DNA of 64,000 nucleotides, taken from Candidatus Binatia bacterium. GTDB lineage: Bacteria > Desulfobacterota > Binatia > UBA9968 > JAJDTQ01. The translations under genes were made by a program, and so were the position numbers. Below the pieces are notes generated by a model. The model ran no database searches. It had not been told where the DNA came from and worked only from the letters and a program-made list of their open reading frames with translations. Each line of letters starts with the position of its first letter. Position 1 is the stretch's first letter. Positions 57,532-64,000 of the stretch are shown piece after piece. Where the stretch lies: positions 4,128,001 to 4,192,000 of the forward strand of contig OY762897.2 of assembly GCA_963666515.2 (NCBI GenBank), read 5' to 3'.

Positions 57532-58221
57532 ATGAGCCAGGAACAGGACATACATGGGAGCGGCAATCCTAGGGATGTCGCAGCATATACCGTGGCCGAG
57601 GCAGCCCGGTATATCAGGATTCCCTCACCGACGCTCCGAGCATGGGTCATTGGCTTGGCATATGGTCAACACACTGAACGCGCTCCCTTCCGCCCGCTTA
57701 TTGCTCCGCCACAGCGCAACCCTTTGCGCCTCTCTTTCAATAACGTCATCGAGGCGTACACGTTACGGGCTTTGAGAACAAAGCATCAGGTCTCAATCGC
57801 AGCAGCCAGGGAGGCAATGGATGTAGCGGAGCATGTCTGCAACACTCGCAGGTTATTGCTCTGTCCGGAATTACGTACCAGTGCAGGTGAATTGTTTCTT
57901 GAGAAATACGGCGAGCTCGTCAGTCTGAACAAGGCGGGGCAGATCGCCATGAAACTCATGCTCCATGCCAATCTCAGTCGGATTGAACTTGACGAATCAG
58001 AAATACCAATCCGGCTCTTTCCCGCTGACACCGGAACAAACGTCATCGTAATGGATCCCCGGGTTGCTTTCGGTCGGCCCATCATTGCTCGTCGTGGCAT
58101 TTCAACGGCGGTTATCGTTGACCGCATCAACGCCGGCGAGGGTGCGGACGAAATAGCGGAGGATTATGGCCTGGAAACCTCAGAAGTAAACGAGGCGTTA
58201 GTTTACGACCAAGCAGCCTAG
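57532..58221 (+). CDS. DUF433-containing antitoxin (VapB45-like)
   Basis: AYTVAEAARYIRIPSPTLRAW HTH, LSFNNVIEA, DPRVAFGRP...EIAEDYGL. Confidence 0.85.
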   Translation: MSQEQDIHGSGNPRDVAAYTVAEAARYIRIPSPTLRAWVIGLAYGQHTERAPFRPLIAPPQRNPLRLSFNNVIEAYTLRALRTKHQVSIAAAREAMDVAEHVCNTRRLLLCPELRTSAGELFLEKYGELVSLNKAGQIAMKLMLHANLSRIELDESEIPIRLFPADTGTNVIVMDPRVAFGRPIIARRGISTAVIVDRINAGEGADEIAEDYGLETSEVNEALVYDQAA

Positions 58222-58224
58222 GGC

Positions 58225-58653
58225 GTGATCTTCTTTACGGACCGCGACTTGGGAAAAACCTTTCCCCGTACGCTATCCGAAAATGGCCTCCACACGGAGA
58301 GACATGACGACTATTTCACAGAACAAACGGATGATGGTATCTGGCTGAGTGAAGCGGGCCGTCGGGGATGGTTCGCAATCTCAAGAGACAAGCGCATCCG
58401 TTATAGGCCGAATCAGAGAGATGCCGCGATGCGAGCTGGTGTCGGCCTCTTCCTGATTATCGGAAGCCTCCCTCACAGTACCCTCGCGCACAACTTCGTC
58501 GCCAGCATCGGCAATATTGAGCGCTTTGTGGAAAAGAATAGCCGTCCCTTCATTGCAAAAGTCTATCAGCCGCCTTCTGGTGCCAAGAGAAGGGCGGGGC
58601 GTGTTGAACTCTGGCTTTCATATGAGGAATGGTCGAAGACGCTCTCCTGCTAA
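58225..58653 (+). CDS. PIN-like toxin (VapC45-like)
   Basis: FFTDRDLG, HDDYF, DDGIWL..AGRRGW..ISRDKRIRYRP. Confidence 0.85.
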   Translation: MIFFTDRDLGKTFPRTLSENGLHTERHDDYFTEQTDDGIWLSEAGRRGWFAISRDKRIRYRPNQRDAAMRAGVGLFLIIGSLPHSTLAHNFVASIGNIERFVEKNSRPFIAKVYQPPSGAKRRAGRVELWLSYEEWSKTLSC

Positions 58654-58759
58654 GAGAATGGTTGCCAGTTCGGGCAGCCTTCTGAGTGTCCATCCAACGT
58701 GGTCCCGCCCCTTCCGGCGGGAGTTCAAAATCCGGGCAGGGTAGTGATATCAAAGGGGA

Positions 58760-59890
58760 GTGCAAGGTAACCCCGTGCGTGAAAACACCGGCGGCCGGGG
58801 GACCATCGCGAGCTGCCGTATCTTTCGCTATCGCCTGCCGCTGACGGCGCCGTTGCCGCTGGCGGGGGGCGTGGTGCGTGAGCGCACGGGGGTGCTGGTG
58901 CGGGTCGATTCGGAGTCGGGCGCGTCGGGTTGGGGCGACGTGGCGCCGTTGCCGGGCTTCAGCCGGGAGAGCATCGGGGAAGCCGAGGCGGAGTTGACGG
59001 CGTGGGCGGGGTGGGTCCGAGGCGCTGAGTTTGATCCATGCGGCAACGACCTCGAATCGTGGCTGGGGAGCGAACCGGCGCCCGTGACCTCGCCCTCTGT
59101 GCGTTTCGGGTTGGAGACGGCGCTGGCTGGCCTGTCGCGACGGATCGAGGACGAATCGGCGGCCGAGCTGGCGTGCTTCGAAGGCGTCGTTTCCGTCAAC
59201 GGTTTGTTGGCGGGTTCCCGCGAGCAGGTGCTCGTAGATGCCCGGCGGCTACGGGACGAGGGTTGCCAGGCGGTCAAGCTCAAGGTGGGCAGCCGGCCGG
59301 TGGTTGAAGATGTGGAGCTTACCCGGGTGGTCCGTGACGCCGTTGGCGACGGCGTGGCCCTCAGGCTCGACGCCAATCGAAGCTGGACCCTGGAGCAGGC
59401 AGTGGCGTTCGGCCGGGAGATCGGCAACAGCGGCGTGGAATACCTGGAGGAACCGTTGCACGAACCGGAGCATCTGCGAGACCTCTTCGATGCCACCGGC
59501 ATTCCGGTGGCGTTGGACGAAAGCCTGCTGGAGCTTCGGCCGGAAGACCTCGAAGGACGGCGCGAAGTGGGCGCCGTGGTGTTGAAGCCGACGCTGCTGG
59601 GCGGCATTGCCAGCGCCAAGCAATGGGTGGCCAGGGCGGCGGCGTTGAACATCCGCCCGGTGGTGAGCAGTTGCTTCGAGAGCGGCGTCGGGTTGCTGGC
59701 TCTGGCAGCGTTTGCCTGGGTGTCCACCGGAGACGCGGTGCCCGCGGGTCTCGACACCTATCGTTGGCTCGGCGCCGACGTGGTCGAGCCGCGTATTCCG
59801 TTTCGCGCCGGTGCCGTCGAGTGGAGCGATGCCACGGCCCGGGCGCATCGCATCGTCGAATCGAGGCTGAGCGAGATTCGGCATGACTGA
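58760..59890 (+). CDS. menC: o-succinylbenzoate synthase
   Basis: GWGDVAPLPGFSRE, KLKVG, LRLDANRSW, YLEEP, ALDES, LKPTLLG, SSCFES, GLDT. Start uncertain. Confidence 0.93.
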   Translation: MQGNPVRENTGGRGTIASCRIFRYRLPLTAPLPLAGGVVRERTGVLVRVDSESGASGWGDVAPLPGFSRESIGEAEAELTAWAGWVRGAEFDPCGNDLESWLGSEPAPVTSPSVRFGLETALAGLSRRIEDESAAELACFEGVVSVNGLLAGSREQVLVDARRLRDEGCQAVKLKVGSRPVVEDVELTRVVRDAVGDGVALRLDANRSWTLEQAVAFGREIGNSGVEYLEEPLHEPEHLRDLFDATGIPVALDESLLELRPEDLEGRREVGAVVLKPTLLGGIASAKQWVARAAALNIRPVVSSCFESGVGLLALAAFAWVSTGDAVPAGLDTYRWLGADVVEPRIPFRAGAVEWSDATARAHRIVESRLSEIRHD

Positions 59891-61436
59891 GATTCGCTGC
59901 CCCCTCGAAGAAGCGGCCGAGCGCCACGGCGACCAGCCCGCGATCGTAAGCGGTGCGCGGGCCGTCTCTTACGCGGAGTTTCATCAGCGCGTGGCGCGCG
60001 CGACAGTGGCGCTGCGGCGGGCGGGATGCAATCCCGGCGAACGCGTGGCTATACTCGCACCCAACAGCCCGGATTACCTGGTGTGGTTGCTCGCGGTGCT
60101 CCGCCTTGGTGCGGTGTGCTGCCCCATGAACACGCGCCTGCCGAACCGGACGGTGGCGGAACTCCTGCGGCGCGTCGATTGCCGCAAGCTGGTGCTCCCG
60201 GCACCGGAGTCGGATGTGGCCGGCGACATTGCGGACGGCGGGAAGGCCGCCGGCGGAAGCGGTCTGGGGGTCCCGGAGCCTGGCCTCCAGATCATCTACG
60301 GCCAGGACTTCCAGGCGGCAGAGTGCGGTGGCGTGAAGGCGGCCGTGGAGCCTCCGGGTACGGATGCCCAGGACTCCACCATCCCCCTCGACCGCCCCGC
60401 CACCATCGTGTTCACCTCGGGCAGCACCGGCACTCCCAAGGCAGTGCTCCACTCCTACGGCAATCACTACTACAATGCCCTCGGCTCCAACACGAACCTG
60501 CCGCTGGCCGCCGGCGACCGCTGGCTGCTGGACCTGCCGTTGTACCACGTAGGCGGGCTCGGCATCCTGTTCCGGTCCCTGCTGGCGGGCTCCACGGTGG
60601 TGATGCCCGACCAAGGGGAGACCCTGGACACGGTATTGGGCCGGTACGAGGTCACGCACCTGTCGGTGGTGGTGACGCAACTGCACCGGCTGTTGCAGCA
60701 GCCCGAGTCCGTGCGCTACCCTGCGCTCCGCTACATCATCCTGGGCGGCAGCCCGGTGCCGCTGAAGCTGCTGGAGCGGGCCGCCGCCCGCGGCCTGCCG
60801 GTGTTCGCCTCCTACGGCTGCACCGAGATGGCCTCGCAGGTGGCCACCACCGGGCCGGGCTCCACCACGGCCCAGGGGTTGACTTCGGGTAGGCTTTTGC
60901 CGCACCGAAAGCTGCGGATCGGCGACGAGGGGGAGATCCAGTTGGCCGGAGAGACCCTGTTCATGGGTTATGTCGAGGACGGCAAGCTGCGCCGGCCTCT
61001 GACGGACGACGGCTGGTTCGCCACCGGCGACCTCGGGAGGGTGGACGAGGATGGCTACCTGACGGTCATCGGCCGGCGTGACAACCGGTTCTTCTCCGGC
61101 GGCGAAACCATCCACCCGGAAGAGATCGAGCGCGTATTGACCGATCACGACGGCGTCCAGCAGGCGGTGGTGGTGCCCATCCCCGACGAGGAGTTCGGCC
61201 AGCGCTGCGTGGCGTTCGTGCAGTCGCGCGGGGCTTGTCCGGACGGGCGTGTGCTGGCGGCGTGGCTCGCGCGGACCCTGCCGCGTTACAAGGTGCCGGA
61301 CGCGTTCTACCAGTGGCCCGCCACCGAAGCCAACGCGTTCAAGATCGACCGGGGGTGGTTCCGCGGTTTGGCCGTGGACGGGCCGAGGGTCCCGTTGGGA
61401 GAAAGCGACGAAGCAGGAGCGGGAGGAGATGCATGA
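59883..61436 (+). CDS. menE: o-succinylbenzoate-CoA ligase
   Basis: FTSGSTGTPKAV, LPLYHVGG, SYGCTEMASQ, TGDLG, GRRDN.FFSGGE.IHPEEIE. Confidence 0.93.
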   Translation: MTEIRCPLEEAAERHGDQPAIVSGARAVSYAEFHQRVARATVALRRAGCNPGERVAILAPNSPDYLVWLLAVLRLGAVCCPMNTRLPNRTVAELLRRVDCRKLVLPAPESDVAGDIADGGKAAGGSGLGVPEPGLQIIYGQDFQAAECGGVKAAVEPPGTDAQDSTIPLDRPATIVFTSGSTGTPKAVLHSYGNHYYNALGSNTNLPLAAGDRWLLDLPLYHVGGLGILFRSLLAGSTVVMPDQGETLDTVLGRYEVTHLSVVVTQLHRLLQQPESVRYPALRYIILGGSPVPLKLLERAAARGLPVFASYGCTEMASQVATTGPGSTTAQGLTSGRLLPHRKLRIGDEGEIQLAGETLFMGYVEDGKLRRPLTDDGWFATGDLGRVDEDGYLTVIGRRDNRFFSGGETIHPEEIERVLTDHDGVQQAVVVPIPDEEFGQRCVAFVQSRGACPDGRVLAAWLARTLPRYKVPDAFYQWPATEANAFKIDRGWFRGLAVDGPRVPLGESDEAGAGGDA

Positions 61437-62446
61437 AGGCAGCGAAGCGAGGGAGCACGGCGAAGCAGGGGAGCGCCCGCGGCGCGGGCGGCAACGGCAA
61501 CCGCGAGCTGTTGTCGCTCCTCCGGCGTATGTGGGTGATCCGCGCCTTCGAGGAGAAGGTGTCGGCCCTCTACGCGGCCCGGGAGATCGTTGGGCTGCTG
61601 CACCTCGGCATCGGCCAGGAAGCCGTGGCCGTGGGGGTGTGCAGCCTGCTCGACGCCGATGACCAGGTCTACGGCGGCCACCGTTCCCACGGGCACGCCA
61701 TTGCCAAGGGGGCCGACCTGAACCGGCTCATGGCGGAGCTGGCCGGGCGCGTCACCGGCTATTGCCGCGGCAAGGGCGGGTCCATGCACGTGGTGGCCGC
61801 GGAGACCGGCTTCGTCACCGCCAGCGGCGTGGTGGGCGGCACGGTGCCGCTGGCGCTGGGCGCGGCCTTCGCCGCCCGCGAGAAGGGCGCGGGGCGGGTG
61901 GCGGTGGTGTTCTTCGGCGACGGCGCCGGCCAGACCGGCCCCTTTCACGAGTCCCTGAACATCGCCAGCCTGTGGCGGCTCCCGGTTATCTTCGTGTGCG
62001 AGAACAACGGCTACGCCGAGTTCACGCCGCTCTCGGCCCACACCAAGGTCGAGCGGCTGGCGCAGCACGCCGGCACCTACGGCATCCCCAGTGCCACCGT
62101 GGACGGCAACGACATCCTTGCGGTGCGCAAGGCCATGGGCCGGGCCGTGGACAACGCCCGCGCGGGCAAGGGTCCCACCTTCGTCGAGTGTCTGACCTAC
62201 CGCCTGCGGGGACACTACGAGGGCGACCCCGGCAAGTATCGGGAGCTGTCCCAGTTGGCGGACTGGAAGAAGAAGGACCCCATCGCCCGATTTGTGCGGG
62301 TGCTGAAGCGGCGGCAGGCCGCGTCCGCCGAGGACTTTGCCAAGGCGGAGAGCGACGCACGCGCGTTGGTGGAGGCGGCCGCGGAGTTCGCTCTGTCGTC
62401 TCCCTGGCCGGAGCCGGAGGAGACCGCCACCCAGGTGTGTGCGTGA
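61433..62446 (+). CDS. TPP-dependent dehydrogenase E1 alpha subunit (AcoA/PdhA-like)
   Basis: HLGIGQEA, HRSHGH, GKGGSMH, FFGDGA...ENN, TYRLRGH; ATGA overlap with menE. Confidence 0.92.
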   Translation: MKAAKRGSTAKQGSARGAGGNGNRELLSLLRRMWVIRAFEEKVSALYAAREIVGLLHLGIGQEAVAVGVCSLLDADDQVYGGHRSHGHAIAKGADLNRLMAELAGRVTGYCRGKGGSMHVVAAETGFVTASGVVGGTVPLALGAAFAAREKGAGRVAVVFFGDGAGQTGPFHESLNIASLWRLPVIFVCENNGYAEFTPLSAHTKVERLAQHAGTYGIPSATVDGNDILAVRKAMGRAVDNARAGKGPTFVECLTYRLRGHYEGDPGKYRELSQLADWKKKDPIARFVRVLKRRQAASAEDFAKAESDARALVEAAAEFALSSPWPEPEETATQVCA

Positions 62447-62476
62447 GGTGGATGTTTTTGTAAGCGTGAGGTGGAT
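62441..62476 (+). repeat. 13-bp direct repeat flanking a 10-bp AT-rich spacer
   Basis: GCGTGAGGTGGAT-GTTTTTGTAA-GCGTGAGGTGGAT. Confidence 0.8.
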
Positions 62477-63460
62477 ATGCCGGAACTGAGCTACCTGGAG
62501 GCCATCCGCTCGGGGCTGTTGGCCGAGATGCGAGAGGATTCTTCGGTCTATGTCTTCGGCGAGGACGTGGCGCTGGGAGGCCCCTTCGGGGTCACCCAGG
62601 GGATCGCGGAAGAGCTGGGCGAGCACCGGGTGGTGAACACGCCCATCAGCGAGGGCACGGTCATGGGCGTGGCCATCGGCGCGGCCCTGTCGGGGCTGCG
62701 CCCGGTGGTGGAGATCATGTTCGTGGACTTCATTACTCTGGCCATGGACCAGCTCGTGAACCACGCGGCCAAGCTCCACTACATGTCGGGCGGGCAACTG
62801 AAGGTGCCGTTGACTGTGCGGGTCCAGTGCGGCGTCCAGGGCAACATGGGCGCGCACCACTCCCAGAGCCTGGAATCCTGGTTCCTGCACGTCCCCGGCC
62901 TCAAGGTGGTCATGCCGTCGAATCCCGCCGACGCCGAGAGCCTCATGCGGGACGCCATCCGGGACGACAACCCGGTGCTGTTCATCGAGCACCGGGCGCT
63001 GTATTTCTCGCGCGCGGAGGCGTCCGAGGGCGGCAGCGGCCTCGCCATGGACCGGGCGGCGGTGCTGCGGGAGGGCCCCGACGTCACCGTGGCCGCACTT
63101 TCCAGGATGGTGGGACCGGCGCTGGAGGCGGCGGAAGCGCTGGCGGACGAGGGGGTTTCCGTGGAGGTCGTCGACCTGCGCAGCCTCGTGCCGCTGGACA
63201 TCGACACCCTGGTGGATTCGGTCAGGAAGACTTCGCGACTCGTCGTGGTGCACGAGGCCGTGGAGCAGGGCGGGGTGGGCGCGGAAGTCGCCGCCCGCGT
63301 CCAGGAGCGGGCCCTCTACTACCTCGACAGCCCGATCCTCCGGGTCGCCGCCCCCAACGCCCCGGTGCCGTGCGCGCCGCCGCTGGAGAACTACTTCGTC
63401 CCCGACAAGGAACGGATCGTAGAGGCCGTCCACCGGGCGCTGTCCAGCCAACCTTCCTGA
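62477..63460 (+). CDS. TPP-dependent dehydrogenase E1 beta subunit (AcoB/PdhB-like)
   Basis: GEDV, NTPISE, GLRPVVEIMF.DF, HHSQSLE, PGLKVV.PS, VDLRSLVPLD. Confidence 0.93.
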   Translation: MPELSYLEAIRSGLLAEMREDSSVYVFGEDVALGGPFGVTQGIAEELGEHRVVNTPISEGTVMGVAIGAALSGLRPVVEIMFVDFITLAMDQLVNHAAKLHYMSGGQLKVPLTVRVQCGVQGNMGAHHSQSLESWFLHVPGLKVVMPSNPADAESLMRDAIRDDNPVLFIEHRALYFSRAEASEGGSGLAMDRAAVLREGPDVTVAALSRMVGPALEAAEALADEGVSVEVVDLRSLVPLDIDTLVDSVRKTSRLVVVHEAVEQGGVGAEVAARVQERALYYLDSPILRVAAPNAPVPCAPPLENYFVPDKERIVEAVHRALSSQPS

Positions 63461-63469
63461 TCACTAAGG

Positions 63470-63560
63470 ATTTCTCCTTCTGACAAGGAGAAATTGATCC
63501 ATATTTCTCCTTTTCAGAAGGAGAAATAACTGCTATATTCTCCTTCCCACAAGGAGAATA
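63470..63560. repeat. Three phased palindromes TTCTCCTT-N5-AAGGAGAA, 33-bp period
   Basis: Units at 63470-63494, 63503-63527 and 63536-63560. Confidence 0.9.
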
Positions 63561-63565
63561 GAGAC

Positions 63566-64000
63566 CTGGAAGCGCTCCCGACAACTTTTCGGCAAGTGCT
63601 GGCCGAGCAGCTTGCCGTATCCTTGCAAGCACTGCCTCCCTCTCACACTCCCTCTCACACGCCCCGCCGCGTGCACGGGCTCAAGCGGTTTCCCGGCAAG
63701 GCGACTGCGGTGGTCGGTATGCGCCGGGCCGGCAAGACCACCTTTCTGCACCAGTTGCGGCATGAATTCCTGACCACGGGCGCCGCCACCTCACGAGCCC
63801 CTTACGTTTCGTTCGAGGACGAGCGGCTCACCGGCCTGGAGGGGCGCCACCTGGATCTGCTCCTTGACGAATATCAACGCCTTTCAACGGTGGAGTCGGG
63901 CGCATCGGCCGCCATGTGGTGCTTTGACGAGATTCAGTTGGTGCCCGGCTGGGAGCGTTTCGTGCGCCGTCTGCTCGACACGGAGGCCGCACAGGTGTTC
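63566..64000 (+). CDS. AAA ATPase (AAA_14/DUF4143-type), 3' end runs off the window
   Basis: Not in the ORF track. Manual translation: ...GKATAVVGMRRAGKTTFLHQ...YVSFEDERL...WCFDEIQLVPGWERFVRRLLD. The frame opens at 63530; start uncertain (CTG 63566 or GTG 63596). Confidence 0.85.
   Translation, partial: MEALPTTFRQVLAEQLAVSLQALPPSHTPSHTPRRVHGLKRFPGKATAVVGMRRAGKTTFLHQLRHEFLTTGAATSRAPYVSFEDERLTGLEGRHLDLLLDEYQRLSTVESGASAAMWCFDEIQLVPGWERFVRRLLDTEAAQVF

Noticed and set aside
63470-63560. Mini CRISPR array
   Set aside because: Linkers are only 8 nt, the repeat centres vary, and there are no cas genes. Kept as an operator-like array instead.

Overview
GC-rich bacterial chromosome segment. Gene style suggests a deltaproteobacterial/Binatia-like organism, but this is an impression only. 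Bases 1-37 kb are mostly catabolic: an acyl-CoA dehydrogenase-like flavoprotein, VOC and cupin proteins, five paralogous alpha/beta-hydrolases with an atypical catalytic-acid site, a Dpp/Opp ABC transporter, two amidohydrolases, an M24 peptidase, a CADD/TenA-like diiron protein with paired MaoC hydratases and paired class III CoA-transferases, and a Rieske oxygenase arranged alpha-beta-alpha. This stretch also holds an intact IS1634-family element with a 6-bp target duplication, two toxin-antitoxin modules, sthA and tRNA-Thr(CGT). The right half has thiSGE, holA, coxS/M/G-like genes without a large subunit, a Fic + McrBC defence islet with a multi-domain McrB, a classical menaquinone operon (menFDHBACE) interrupted by two toxin-antitoxin cassettes and a REP-like element, and a TPP-dependent E1 alpha/beta pair. 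It ends in a phased array of three palindromes (33-bp period) in front of a truncated AAA ATPase. No CRISPR array, rRNA or prophage was seen. All protein family calls come from motif recognition, not database searches.
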